Source: an uncultured Planctomycetaceae bacterium (GTDB taxonomy: Bacteria > Planctomycetota > Planctomycetia > Pirellulales > PALSA-1355). From it: a stretch of DNA of 64,000 nucleotides. The position numbers and the translations under genes were made by a program. The first letter of the stretch is position 1. Each line of letters begins with the position of its first letter. Positions 52,825 to 64,000 of the stretch are shown piece after piece. The notes under the pieces are model-generated. The model was not told the DNA's origin. It worked only from the letters and a program-made list of their open reading frames with translations, and did not search any database. The stretch is from positions 384,001-448,000 of the forward strand of contig CAWAUV010000005.1 of the NCBI GenBank assembly GCA_963785305.1, read 5' to 3'.

Positions 52825-54258
52825 TCACGACCCGCCTTGGCGAAAATAACGCGGTTCGCGAATCGCGAGGCCGGTCGGCAATCGGCGCCGGGCTTCGTCG
52901 TCGTTCTGGGCGAGCAGCGGGCTGATTTCAACCGGCGACTTGTCGTCGACCTCGTTTCCCGCCATCCGGAGCCAGCGCCGGGCCTGGGCCGCGAGGCGCT
53001 CGCGCACGAATTCCGGCGTGTCGCGAGATTCGCCAGGCGCATTTTTCAGCGGGGCGAATACCTCGGCCTCGTCGCCCTCGATGACGATCGCCGCCTCGGC
53101 CGCCGGCATCAGGTCGAAAATGAAACGCTCGAATTTGCAGGCATTGGGCTGTCGCGGAACTTCGACCTCGCCGCGCGAATTCACGAAGCTCACCGCCTTG
53201 TGCGCCACATGAAACGGCAACGACGCCGCCTGACGCGATTCGCGGCGCAGAAACGCGACATTGAACCCATGCACCGCGATGCTCCCCGCCCAAAATATCG
53301 GCTGACCGGCGGCGTCGCGCCGATCGACCAGCGCGTTGTCGAGCGGATTGAAATCGCTGTACTCGAGCACATGCAGCCGGCCATCGATCGACGCCACATT
53401 GCCCACCCGGTCGCGTGGCGTTTGCTTGCGCACTACCAATGTAGACATTTCCGTGCCCTTGCGGGAGTGCGACAAAATGTGATAGCCGAGCAGTTCGGGA
53501 TCGCACACCGGCGCTAGCGGGTTGTCGACTTGAAAATAAAACAGATAACGCACGCCCCGCTGCTCCATGTCGTCGAGCGCCTCGCTGCGCGCGAGCGCGG
53601 CGAGGCAGCCGCCGTGACCGTCGGGACTGAGCGCGAGTCGATGCTTTTCGGCCAAGAGTAGCTTGCCCGTCGCGGCGTCGACCGCCGGCATCGTGCCCTG
53701 GCAAAAAACGCGCACCGCGTCGGCCGGGAGACCGAAATTGCCATGCTCCGCAAGATAGACCCGAGTCTCGGCGTCGGTCGCCGGGCTGGTCATTACATAG
53801 AGCGGAATCGCGCCGCCCGAACTTGCCCGATGGCCGGCGATTTTCTCGAGCAGAATCTGGAAGAGCGAGGCCCCCGAAATCGGGCCAATCGCGAACATGC
53901 CCTTGGGATGCTCGAACCCGAGGCGGCTGCCTTGTCCACCGGCCACGAGCACCGCGCCCACCTCGCCGACGGCGAGCGCCTCGGCTCCGCGGCGGCGAGC
54001 CTCTTGCGGCGAGATGGCATTGGCCTCGTCGCCCAAGCGGTAGGCGGGAGGCGCCACGGCGCGGCGGGCCAGATCGGCCCAGTCCGTGGGGCGAACCTCG
54101 CCGCGATGCAGCCCGGCAAGGAGCGGCAGATCGACCTCGCACAGTTGCGCGGCGAGCAACGTGCGCTCGCCCGCGGAAAGATCGTCCCAGCATGCAAGCA
54201 CATGCGTTTGATCGTGAGGCGCCAGTTTTTCGAAGAGCACGTCTTTGTTCAAGGCCAC
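52825..54258 (-). CDS. UDPGP-family pyrophosphorylase (UAP1-like UDP-GlcNAc/UDP-glucose pyrophosphorylase)
   Basis: VAGGQGSRLG..PKG, YVMTS, SPDGHGG, QVDNPL, LEYSD, KFERFIFD, FAPLKN. Confidence 0.9.
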   Translation of the reverse strand: MALNKDVLFEKLAPHDQTHVLACWDDLSAGERTLLAAQLCEVDLPLLAGLHRGEVRPTDWADLARRAVAPPAYRLGDEANAISPQEARRRGAEALAVGEVGAVLVAGGQGSRLGFEHPKGMFAIGPISGASLFQILLEKIAGHRASSGGAIPLYVMTSPATDAETRVYLAEHGNFGLPADAVRVFCQGTMPAVDAATGKLLLAEKHRLALSPDGHGGCLAALARSEALDDMEQRGVRYLFYFQVDNPLAPVCDPELLGYHILSHSRKGTEMSTLVVRKQTPRDRVGNVASIDGRLHVLEYSDFNPLDNALVDRRDAAGQPIFWAGSIAVHGFNVAFLRRESRQAASLPFHVAHKAVSFVNSRGEVEVPRQPNACKFERFIFDLMPAAEAAIVIEGDEAEVFAPLKNAPGESRDTPEFVRERLAAQARRWLRMAGNEVDDKSPVEISPLLAQNDDEARRRLPTGLAIREPRYFRQGGS

Positions 54259-54445
54259 GACTTCCCCATGCTTACGAGCGTCCGCCAGAATGTTCGATGC
54301 CCCGGGTCGGCGATATTGCTTGAATGGGCGACCCCAATTATGCCCGCAATTCGTCGCGGGCCAAAGACCCATGCGAGGCTTGAGCTTAAGAATTCGGAAG
54401 TTCACGGCGAGGCGAACCGCCAATTGCGGCTCCGCGCACGCGTGC

Positions 54446-55375
54446 TCACCGCGCGGGACCGCCGCTGGCGAACTCGATCACCACTTCCGAGGGCTCGGCC
54501 GCCGCGACATCGAGCCGTGTTTCAAAGCGCGCTCCATGAGGCAGAAGCTGCGAGATCTTCACGTCGGCGTCGGGCCCGGCAATCGTTTCGACCTCGCAGC
54601 TTGGTGTCGCGAGAAAGGGTGGGCAGAACGCGACATGCGCATGGGCCACGCGTTGGCCGGTATCGAATCGCACCCGTACCCGACCTGAAACCCAATGCAC
54701 GCCGTCGGGTTCTTCACGCCGCGTCAACTGCTGAACGATATCATCGGCCAGCGGCGCATCATCGGCCAAGAACGAGTCATCGGTTAGCGATGATTCGCTC
54801 GCGAGATGTTCGGCGGCGATCGGCCCACGGTTGGCCAAGAGCGCCTCGGCGGCGGCGAGCATTGCGAAGCTCGGGCCAACACTGGGCGCCTCCGGCGAGG
54901 CGACCAAGCGTATCGGGGAATTACGCGACAATGCGTCGAGTCGTTCAAGCCGGCTCCAAGCAACGAATGTTGCAATGGCCGCCACGAAGCCCCAGATCGC
55001 CAACGAAATATTGGTCTGCCCGGGCGTCGCGCCGGCGGGCGCCGTGAGTCCAGCAGCGAGCAGCCACATGGTCGCGGCCATGGCGAGCGTCACGCGGCGC
55101 CGAGTCGCCACGTTTTCGCGATCGGCCAATCGCCAAGCGATCTCGCCGCCCGCAATCGCGAGGCCCGCCGCGGCTAACACGAAGTCCAGCGGGGGCGGCT
55201 GATCGAACGCGCCGAAGGCTCGTCGCAAACCGACAACGCCGCTCGCCGCGAGTAGCATCGCCGCAAGCGCGACGGCCGCCGTTTTGCGACCAGTCATGGT
55301 GATTGTGACGCACGGAGCCGGCGCGGCCGCCTGGGAGCGGTGATGTGTGCGCGGGGATTCGCCGGTCGAGGCCAT
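54446..55375 (-). CDS. Hypothetical membrane protein with C-terminal soluble domain
   Basis: Four TM-like stretches, then QQLTR..HVAFCPPF..P..E. Confidence 0.6.
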   Translation of the reverse strand: MASTGESPRTHHRSQAAAPAPCVTITMTGRKTAAVALAAMLLAASGVVGLRRAFGAFDQPPPLDFVLAAAGLAIAGGEIAWRLADRENVATRRRVTLAMAATMWLLAAGLTAPAGATPGQTNISLAIWGFVAAIATFVAWSRLERLDALSRNSPIRLVASPEAPSVGPSFAMLAAAEALLANRGPIAAEHLASESSLTDDSFLADDAPLADDIVQQLTRREEPDGVHWVSGRVRVRFDTGQRVAHAHVAFCPPFLATPSCEVETIAGPDADVKISQLLPHGARFETRLDVAAAEPSEVVIEFASGGPAR

Positions 55376-55414
55376 GGCCGAATTTTTCGAGCGTCGAACC
55401 GTGTGAATGTGCCG

Positions 55415-56605
55415 TTAGCGCGCGGCGGCCACGGCGCCCACGCCGGCCAACTCGGCCAGTTCCGGAGCCCGATCCGTGGATTCCCAAGTAAACTCGGGCT
55501 CGCTCCGGCCGAAATGCCCGCCCGCGGCGGTCTTGCGGAAGATCGGTCGCCGCAGGTCCAAGTGGCGGATAATGCCGCTCGGCGTGAGGGGGAAGTGCTT
55601 TCGCACCAACTCGCAAATCTTGGCGTCCTTGATCCGACCGGTGCCTTGGGTGTCGACAAACACGCTCACCGGCTCGCTCACGCCAATGGCATACGCCAAC
55701 TGCACTTCGCAGCGATCGGCCAAGCCGGCGGCCACGATATTCTTGGCGATGTGCCGCGCCATGTAAGCGGCGCTGCGATCGACCTTGGTGGCGTCTTTGC
55801 CGCTGAAGGCGCCGCCGCCATGTCGGCCCCAGCCGCCGTACGTGTCGACGATGATCTTGCGGCCCGTGAGACCGCAGTCGCCATGAGGCCCGCCCACAAC
55901 GAAGCGGCCCGTCGGGTTGATGTGGTACTTGATGTCGCTCGTCACAAGCCGTTCGGGCAAGCTCGGCTTGATCACTTCGTCGATGATGAACTTACGAATC
56001 TCGGGATGCTCGATGTCGGGCGAGTGTTGGGTCGAAAGCACCACGGTGTCGACGCGCACCGGGCGAAAGCCATCGTATTCGATCGTTACTTGGCTCTTGG
56101 CGTCGGGCCGCAACCAAGCGATGCCCGAATCGCGACGCAGGTCCGTCACCCGGTTGATGATGCGATGCGCCAGCGCGATCGGCAGCGGCATCAACTCCTC
56201 GGTGTCGTTGCAGGCATAGCCGAACATCAGCCCCTGGTCGCCGGCGCCGATTTCCTTGCCGGCCGACTGGTCTTCGTTCACGCCCTGGGCAATGTCGGGG
56301 CTTTGTTTGTCGATGGCCACCATCACGGCGCAGGTGTCGGCGCAAATGCCCATGTGATCGTCGACATAGCCGACGTCGCGAATCACATTGCGCACCACGT
56401 CGGCATAGGAGATCACGGCCTGGGTCGTGATTTCGCCGGCGATGATCGCGATGCCGGTCGTGACCATGGTCTCGCAGGCCACGCGGCTCAGGGGATCTTG
56501 GGCGAGCAGAGCGTCCAAAACGCCGTCGGAAATCTGGTCCGCGAGTTTGTCCGGATGGCCCATGCTGACGGATTCACTGGTAAACAAATACTTGCCTGCT
56601 GCCAC
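55415..56605 (-). CDS. metK: S-adenosylmethionine synthetase
   Basis: [42 protein letters not shown] start after AGGAG. Confidence 0.97.
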   Translation of the reverse strand: MAAGKYLFTSESVSMGHPDKLADQISDGVLDALLAQDPLSRVACETMVTTGIAIIAGEITTQAVISYADVVRNVIRDVGYVDDHMGICADTCAVMVAIDKQSPDIAQGVNEDQSAGKEIGAGDQGLMFGYACNDTEELMPLPIALAHRIINRVTDLRRDSGIAWLRPDAKSQVTIEYDGFRPVRVDTVVLSTQHSPDIEHPEIRKFIIDEVIKPSLPERLVTSDIKYHINPTGRFVVGGPHGDCGLTGRKIIVDTYGGWGRHGGGAFSGKDATKVDRSAAYMARHIAKNIVAAGLADRCEVQLAYAIGVSEPVSVFVDTQGTGRIKDAKICELVRKHFPLTPSGIIRHLDLRRPIFRKTAAGGHFGRSEPEFTWESTDRAPELAELAGVGAVAAAR

Positions 56606-56700
56606 GAAACGATCTCCTGTCGAAAAAACCTGACTGCCGCGCCAGGGGGCCAAAAACGCCGATCACCCGCGAGACCCGTGCTCGCTTGGCGACTGGGAAA

Positions 56701-56730
56701 AGTATAGCAGGACATTTCGCGGGCTCGCAA
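56701..56730 (-). promoter_or_regulatory. Sigma70-type promoter for metK
   Basis: Minus strand TTGCGA-18 bp-TATACT with extended -10 TG. Confidence 0.5.
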
Positions 56731-57057
56731 CCACGCTTTGCGGAGGCCTTTCGGGCAATTCGCCGCGAATCGATGCTCCCGGCGGTCCTCGTGGGCTCGC
56801 GCTCGGAGCATCATCGCGACCGATCGGTGACGATTCCGCGCCTGGAGAAGGGCGGCCGGAACTTGTGCCGGAAAGCCAGCGGATGTCCGCGGCGCCGGCA
56901 ACATGGCGCGACAGCGCCGGTTTTTCCGACCATGCGGGGATCGCGCGGTCAATTCGGCGCGAATTCCGCCGCCGAGGTGATTCGACGCTCTCGGCGCCCC
57001 CCGGATTTCGGACCTAGAGTTGTGAGCGAGATACCCGAGCTTTTCGAGCGCCCCGCG

Positions 57058-57201
57058 ATGGACAAGCCTTTTTATGTGCTGATATACAAAGCCACGATCC
57101 ACTGGTTCGACCGGCTCGACCGGCAAGATTGGTTGATCGTGTTGTTCGTGGGCATGTGCCTGAGCTTGTTGTGCATGCGAGGAACCGGGGCGAGAGCCTG
57201 A
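57058..57201 (+). CDS. 47-aa single-TM small protein
   Basis: MDKPFYVLIYKATIHWFDRLDRQDWLIVLFVGMCLSLLCMRGTGARA; fills an intergenic gap upstream of the GGDEF gene. Confidence 0.55.
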   Translation: MDKPFYVLIYKATIHWFDRLDRQDWLIVLFVGMCLSLLCMRGTGARA

Positions 57202-57275
57202 CGGATTCCCAACGGCGATTCCGCGAGAGATTTTTGGTTTCTAAGAACAGCTAGACATCGGTAGTAGGCTATCGC

Positions 57276-58199
57276 ATGGATATCACTAATTTTTCGATTC
57301 CCACGCCGCTGGCCTTGGCGATTATCGCCCTGTTCGGCTATGTGATTGGTCGGGCAGGTCGAGCTCGGCCCGCCGTTGAAATCGACCAAGCGCGGCGCGA
57401 ACTGAAGCGCGCCAAAAGCGTGGCGAAGGAGCTCGAGTCGATCGCCGACGCCATTCGCAAGAATCTGGCCCAGCATTCGGGCAGCATCGAGCATTTCAAG
57501 GATCGGGTGTTCGAGCTCGGCTCGCAGAATCAAGAAGCCGCTTGGCAAGAGCTTTGCCGCGAAGCCGAGGAGATGCTCAAGCCCACGCTCCGCCTGGCCG
57601 CGCAGATTGCCCACGCCTACGACGAAATTCGCCAGCAGTCGAACCACCTGATGTCGTTTACCGAAGTGCGCACCGATCCTTTGACGAAGGTGAGCAATCG
57701 CCGCGCGCTCGACGAAACCTTGGAGACCATGTTTTCGCTTCTGAATCGCTACAACCAACGATTCTCGATCGCGATTCTCGACATCGACCACTTCAAGCGG
57801 CTCAACGACGCGCACGGACACCTGTTTGGCGACGCCACTTTGCAGAGCGTGGCCAAGAACATCGACAACAATGTTCGCGAGACCGATGTCGTGGCCCGCT
57901 ACGGCGGCGAGGAGTTCGTCGTCATCATGCCGCACACGGCGCTCGAGGGAGCGGCGATATTCGCCGATCGGCTCCGAGCCAAGGTCGAGTCGCAACTCAA
58001 CCTCACGGTGAGCGGCGGCGTGGCCGAAGCGCTCGACGGCGACACGCCGCAAAGCCTGCTGACCCGCAGCGACGCCGCGCTCTACAGCGCCAAAGCCGCC
58101 GGCCGCAACCGTGTGTTCCGCCATAATGGCACGGAAATCGAACCGGTCGAACCGGAAGACGCCAGCCGGCCGCCCTCGGCGGAACCGGCCGCTATTTGA
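57276..58199 (+). CDS. Diguanylate cyclase (N-terminal TM, coiled coil, GGDEF)
   Basis: DPLTKVSNRR, DIDHFKRLND, I-site RETD, RYGGEEF, ALYSAKAAGRN. Confidence 0.93.
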   Translation: MDITNFSIPTPLALAIIALFGYVIGRAGRARPAVEIDQARRELKRAKSVAKELESIADAIRKNLAQHSGSIEHFKDRVFELGSQNQEAAWQELCREAEEMLKPTLRLAAQIAHAYDEIRQQSNHLMSFTEVRTDPLTKVSNRRALDETLETMFSLLNRYNQRFSIAILDIDHFKRLNDAHGHLFGDATLQSVAKNIDNNVRETDVVARYGGEEFVVIMPHTALEGAAIFADRLRAKVESQLNLTVSGGVAEALDGDTPQSLLTRSDAALYSAKAAGRNRVFRHNGTEIEPVEPEDASRPPSAEPAAI

Positions 58200-58262
58200 A
58201 ACGCGCCGCGCGGGCGGCGGTTGCGTGAACCCGTCCGCGGAGCGGGCGGTTGCCCGAGCGGC

Positions 58263-59953
58263 TCAACGCGCCTCGCTCGTGGCGCCGCGCGAGCCGGGCG
58301 TATCGCGAATGGCTTTCAACCGCGCTTCCATGCTGGCCACGCGGTCGGGATGCCGGTCGGCCACGCTGTTTTTCTCCGCCGGATCGGTCGCCAGATCGAA
58401 AAGCTCCGCACTCTTGGCGCCGGCCGCCACCGTCGGATGCTTGCCCCGCGCCGCGAGCGGCACGAGCTTCCATGAACCCTCGCGCAGCGAGAGCGTGGCC
58501 GGGCCGGTGGCTTGCTCGACCAATTCCGCGCGGCCGCGCTGGTCGTCGCCCAAGAGGGCCGGCAACATACTCTGGCTATCGCTCGCGCTTCGTTCGCCCG
58601 AGGGCGCCGCGCCAGCCGATGATTCCGCCGCCGGCAATGTTTGCCCCAGCAGCGCCGCCAGCGAGGCGAGTAAATCGACCTGGCACACCAGCGCCGGCGA
58701 CTCGCCCGGCTTGACATGGCCCGGCCAGCGCACGATGAATGGAACTCGCGTGCCGCCTTCGTAGGGCGAATACTTTCCGCCGCGCCAGGGACCAGCCGGT
58801 TGGTGGTCTTTCAGTTCCATGACCGAGCCATCGGCATAGCCATCGTCGACCACCGGTCCATTGTCGCTGGTGACGATCACGAGCGTGTTGTCGGCGATGC
58901 CCAGTCGATCGATCGCCGCGAGCACTTGGCCCACGGTGTCGTCGAACTCCACGATCACATCGCCCCGCGCTCCGCACCGGCTCTTGCCCAGGAAGCGGGA
59001 ATGCGGCAGGCGTGGCACATGCACGTCGTGCGTGGCCAAGTAGAGGAAAAATGGCCGCGTCGCCATGCCGCCGCCCGCCGCCATCGGCTTTGCCGATTGC
59101 TCCATAAACGCGATCGCTTGTTGAGCCAAGGTGTCGGCCATCGTTTGGTCGTTCCACTGGGCTGCCTTGCCGCCGGTCATGTGCCCAATGCGGCTGACGC
59201 CGTTGACGATCGTGCCGTCGTGTCCGTGCGAAAGCTTCATCGTCAACTGCTCGGGATGTTCGCGGCCGGTCGGTTCATCCGCAAGTTGCTTGTTGTAGCT
59301 GACCGTGATCGGATCTTTGGCGTCGAGATTGGCCACGCGATGGTTTTCCACATAGACACAGGGCACGCGGTCGCCCGTGGCCGGCAGAATGAAACATTGG
59401 TCGAAGCCGATCTCGAGTGGGCCCGGCTTGATCTCGCCGTTCCAATCGATGTCTCCGGCGCCGAGCCCCAAGTGCCACTTGCCGACGCAATCGGTCGCAT
59501 AGCCCGCCCGGCGGAGCATGGAGGGCAACGTGAGGCTCCCGGCGCGATAATCAATTTGGCGTCGCCGGGCAATATCTCCGTGCCCTTGCGCCGCCAAGGA
59601 TATTGGCCCGTGAGCAGGGCAAAGCGGCTGGGGGTGCAGGTGGCGCTGGTCGCATGCGCATCGGTAAACTTGAGCCCCTGGGCCGCGAGCCGATCGAGAT
59701 GCGGCGTTTCCACGGCCTTGGCGCCATTGCAGCCGAGATCGCCATAGCCGATGTCGTCGGCCAAAATCAACACGATGTTGGGCTGGTCCGACTTATGACT
59801 CGCGACATCGGCAACTGCCCGGCTCGAAGCGGTCGGCGGACCAAACAGCAAGAAGATCGCCGCGATGAACAAGGCGACCGCTCTCGCGGCCGTGGCCAGG
59901 GATGGCGACCGCGGGCGGTGCGCGGGCAAAAGCGACATTTGCATGGTGGGCAT
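58263..59953 (-). CDS. Arylsulfatase (formylglycine-dependent; frameshift near 59540)
   Basis: [55 protein letters not shown]. Confidence 0.9.
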
Positions 59954-60243
59954 GGATAATCTCACGAAACTCGAGGACCGCGACGGCGACGCCGCGGAGC
60001 AACAGCCGAGCCACCAAGCCACTATCAACGCCCGACTTCGCCGCGTCAACATAGCGAGACGGGAACGCAAAAGTCGTCAAGCGGCGGGAGAACACCACAA
60101 GCTTGAAGCGCGAGCGAAAGAAATCCGGATTCGTTGACAGCTCACAAGCGTGAAGCGCAAGCGAAAGAAAATCCTTCGCTGGCGGCCCGGGGTCATGTCG
60201 GCGCCGCGGCTTCCTCATGCGCTTCGGGCCGGTGCTGACGGTT

Positions 60244-60278
60244 CGGCGGCGCAGCCTGTTGAAAAATTTCGACAGGCT
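60244..60278. repeat. Second copy of the right-end hairpin of the 35159 element
   Basis: cggcggcgcagcctgttgaaaaatttcgacaggct versus cggcggcgcagcctgttggatatttcgacaggct at 35276-35309. Confidence 0.7.
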
Positions 60279-60672
60279 ATTGAGTCCCTTTGTCCTGCAA
60301 TCGCCGCATCACCGACCAGACTTCATGCAGCGAGTGTTCATAGGCCGCGTCGGTTCTAGCGCCGGCGTGGCCGCGCAGGGCTCCGACGGCGGATTTGAAA
60401 TTGTCGTAGTCGGTGTCGTCGGCGAGCTGCGCCAGAGTCTCGCGCCACGCGGCTTTGGTCGCGAAGAGCCGGAAGGCGTAATCGGTTCCCGCCGACGCCA
60501 GGACTTCGCTCGCGCCCAACAGATCGGGGAATCGCTCCCGCAGCGCCTCCAAATGGCCGCGCGCCCGGGCACGGACCATGACGCGCTCCGGATCGACTGG
60601 CTGGTGGCGACCTCCATCGCCCTGGCGGGCACACACGGCGCTAAAAAATCCGTAGCGGGTAAAAATCCACAT
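60277..60672 (-). CDS. Conserved hypothetical protein (MWIF..GF.S.V / VRAR / DY.NFK family)
   Basis: 131-aa ORF with AGGAG RBS and the motifs MWIFTRYGFFSAV, VRAR, TDYAFR, DYDNFK, VWSVM. Confidence 0.7.
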   Translation of the reverse strand: MWIFTRYGFFSAVCARQGDGGRHQPVDPERVMVRARARGHLEALRERFPDLLGASEVLASAGTDYAFRLFATKAAWRETLAQLADDTDYDNFKSAVGALRGHAGARTDAAYEHSLHEVWSVMRRLQDKGTQ

Positions 60673-61006
60673 CGAGGGACGGCTCCTGCTGGGGGACTTT
60701 GCCGCTCCAGACGCGACGACGTGGCGGCTTCTGGGGGGTTATAACGCCCCGCGGCGCGGAAAGCGAACGAAACCGCCCGCCCCGGAGCCCGCTGGCCCCA
60801 ACCGGGCTGCTTGATCGATTGGCGCCTACGTGCTAATTTCGAGGGATTTTATGGCGGGCGGTCTGACAATGCCCGCCGCGGGCGCGGCCATGGGTCGCCG
60901 CGCGCCCGCGGGGGACCTGCCGGCTGGGCGCAATGAGAGTGCTCGGCCGCGGGAAGAGTGCCCGCCCCCGACGAACCCCAGAGTCTTACGAAGGTAAACG
61001 AACAAC

Positions 61007-64000
61007 GTGCCGCGACGCGACGATATTCATAAAATTCTGCTCATCGGCTCGGGCCCGATCGTCATTGGTCAGGCCTGTGAGTTCGATTATTCGGGCACTC
61101 AAGCTTGCAAGGCCCTGCGCGAAGAAGGCTACGAGGTGGTGCTAGTCAATTCGAACCCGGCCACGATCATGACCGATCCGGGCATGGCCGACCGCACCTA
61201 TATCGAGCCCCTGACCTGGGACCTGCTGGCCAAAGTGATCGAGGCCGAGCGGCCCGATGCTCTCTTGCCCACGCTCGGCGGCCAAACCGCGCTCAACCTG
61301 GCCATGGAACTGGCCGAACATGGCGTGCTCGAGCGCGTATGGGGTCGAGATGATCGGCGCCAATCCACGCGTGATCGCCAAGGCCGAGAATCGCGAGGAA
61401 TTCAAGTCGGCCATGGAGCAGATCGGCCTCGAATGCTGCCGCGGCGAGACGGTGCGCACCCTCGGCGACGCGCGGCGCGTGCTCGGCGAGATCGGGCTGC
61501 CCTGCGTGATTCGTCCCAGCTTCACGATGGGCGGCTCGGGCTCGGCCATTGCCTACAACCGCGAGGATTTCGAGCTGCTGGTGGCCCGCGGGCTCGATCT
61601 TTCGCCGGTCACCGAGGTGCTGCTCGAAGAATCGATTCTCGGGTGGAAAGAATACGAAATGGAGGTGATGCGCGACGCCGACGACAATGTGGTGATTATC
61701 TGCTCGATCGAAAATTTCGATCCCTGCGGCGTGCATACCGGCGACTCGATCACCGTGGCCCCGGCCCAAACGCTCTCGGACAAGGAATACCAGCGAATGC
61801 GCGACGCCTCGCTGGCCGTGATTCGCGAGATCGGTGTCGAGACCGGCGGGTCGAACATTCAGTTCGCGGTGCATCCGAAGACTGGCCGCATGATCGTGAT
61901 CGAGATGAATCCACGCGTGAGCCGCTCGAGCGCGTTGGCCTCGAAAGCCACCGGTTTTCCCATCGCCAAGATCGCGGCGAAGCTGGCCGTGGGCTATCGG
62001 CTGCACGAACTGCCCAACGACATTACGCGCGAGACGATGGCCTGCTTCGAGCCGACGATCGATTATGTCGTGACGAAGATCCCGCGGTTCGCCTTCGAAA
62101 AATTTCCCGAAGCCGACGCCACGCTCACCACGCAAATGAAAAGCGTGGGCGAGACCATGGCGATCGGCCGCACGTTCAAGGAGTCGTTTCAAAAAGCGCT
62201 TCGCGGCCTCGAGGTCGGCAGTTTCGGCTTCGGCTGCGACCACAAGGACCTCTGGAACACGCCGGCCCAGCCGGCCCGCGAGGAGATTCGCGCCACGATC
62301 GCCACTCCCGGCGCCGACCGCGTGTGGTATTTGCGCTATGCGATCAAAGACGGCATGAGCCTCGAGGAAATCCATAAGCTCACGCATATTGATCCCTGGT
62401 TCTTGAACAACCTGCTCGAAATCGTCGAGCTGGAAGACAAGCTCCGGGCTTGCCCCGGCTTGCGGGAAGCATCAACCGAACTCCTGCGCGAAGCCAAACG
62501 CGGCGGCTTTTCGGATCGACAACTTTCGCATCTTTGGAACACGACCGAAAACGACGTGCGCGAGCAGCGCAAGCGCCATGGAGTCGTGGCCACGTTCAAA
62601 TCGGTCGATACCTGCGCCGCCGAGTTCGAGGCTTATACCCCTTATTACTATTCAACCTACGAAGATGAAGACGAAACTCCGCCCAAGCCCGAGGGCGTCA
62701 AGCGGATCATGATCCTGGGCGGCGGGCCGAATCGCATCGGGCAAGGCATCGAGTTCGACTATTGCTGCTGCCATGCGAGCTTTGCCCTGCGCGAACTCGG
62801 CATCCAGTCGGTGATGGTCAATTCGAATCCCGAAACAGTCAGCACCGACTACGACACGAGCGACATGCTCTTCTTCGAGCCGCTCACGACCGAGGATGTG
62901 CTGAACATCGCCGATCGCGTGGCGCCCGATGGCGTCATCGTGCAGTTTGGCGGGCAGACGCCGCTGAATTTGGCCCGCGGCTTGGCGGCGGCCGGGCTGC
63001 CGATCATCGGCACGAGCGTCGACACGATCGACGAGGCCGAGGATCGCGAGAAATTCGCCGACGTGCTCCGAAGTCTCGATCTCAAGCAACCGCCCAATGG
63101 CATTGCCCGCAGCATGGCCGAAGCACGGCAAGAGGCGGCCCGAATCGGGTATCCGGCGCTGGTGCGCCCCAGCTTCGTGCTGGGCGGTCGGGCGATGGAA
63201 ATCTGCTACGACAATTCCCAGCTCGAGCGCTATGTGGCCGAGGCGTTTGTCGTGGCCCAAGGTCAGCCGGTGCTGATCGATAGTTTTCTCGAAGACGCCA
63301 CCGAGGTCGATGTCGACGCCGTGTGCGATGGCCAGGAGGTGATCGTGGCCGGCGTCATGGAGCATATCGAAGAGGCCGGCATTCACTCGGGCGACTCGGC
63401 CTGCGCGATTCCGCCCTATAGCCTCGCCGGCCCGGTGGTCGAGGAAATTCGCCAAGCCACGAAAGCGCTGGCCTATAAGCTGCGCGTCATAGGGCTGATG
63501 AATATCCAATTCGCGGTGAAAAAAGACGACAACGCGGCTCTATGTGCTCGAAGTCAATCCGCGCCAGCCGCACGGCGCCGTTTGTCTCGAAGGCCACGGG
63601 AATGCCGCTCGCCAAGATCGCGGCCAAGTGCATGGTCGGCGTGTCGCTCGCCGAGCAGGGGTTCACCTGCGAGCCAATTCCCAGCCATGTGTCGGTCAAG
63701 GAGAGTGTGTTTCCATTCCGCAAGTTCGCGGGCGTCGATATCGTGCTCGGGCCGGAGATGCGTTCGACCGGCGAAGTGATGGGTTCCAGCGAGCGGTTTT
63801 CGATCGCCTTTGCCAAAAGCCAGCTCGCCGCCGGCACCGTGCTGCCAAGCGAGGGCACGATCTTTCTAAGTGTCGCCGCTCGCGCCAAGGAGCAAATGGT
63901 CGACCTCGCCCGGCGGCTCTCGGCGATCGGATTCAAACTCATGGCCACGCACGGCACGGCCATGCGGCTTGAAGAGGCGGGCGTGGCGGTGCAGCATGTC
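61007..64000 (+). CDS. carB: Carbamoyl-phosphate synthase large subunit (frameshifts near 61340 and 63535-63570; truncated by the window end)
   Basis: [64 protein letters not shown]. Confidence 0.96.

Noticed and set aside
56606..56700. Possible SAM riboswitch upstream of metK
   Set aside because: The leader between the predicted promoter and the start is short and shows no recognisable SAM-I/II/SAH consensus

Overview
High-GC bacterial chromosome segment. Gene content (PVC-type haem-binding protein, UAP1-like pyrophosphorylase, PSP1-like protein, Uma2 nuclease, sulfatase) suggests Planctomycetota, probably Pirellulales; this is an inference. It is mostly housekeeping: bioB, rarA, uppP, comEC, pcm, cbiE/T, cardiolipin synthase, tRNA-Gly(CCC), the glycine-cleavage operon gcvT-H-PA-PB plus a lipoyl ligase, ruvX, an RND/MFP/TolC efflux set, manC, metK, a GGDEF protein, an arylsulfatase and carB (truncated by the window end). 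About 15 genes, several of them core genes, are broken by single-base frameshifts, which most likely reflects long-read indel errors rather than decay. Most notable items: (1) an intact, more AT-rich ABC-ATPase + TOPRIM-like (DUF3226-like) gene pair inserted inside a sugar-catabolic operon, a candidate PARIS/OLD-like defence system; (2) an insertion splitting gcvPA from gcvPB that carries a probable toxin 3' remnant translationally coupled to an orphan partner gene, plus a Uma2 nuclease; (3) a multi-stem structured leader upstream of gcvT that does not match the canonical glycine riboswitch; (4) at least three families of small palindromic/MITE-like intergenic repeats; (5) a signal-peptide-bearing PIMT with an extra C-terminal domain and a tandem TPR-glycosyltransferase protein. 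No CRISPR array, rRNA, integrase or transposase was seen.
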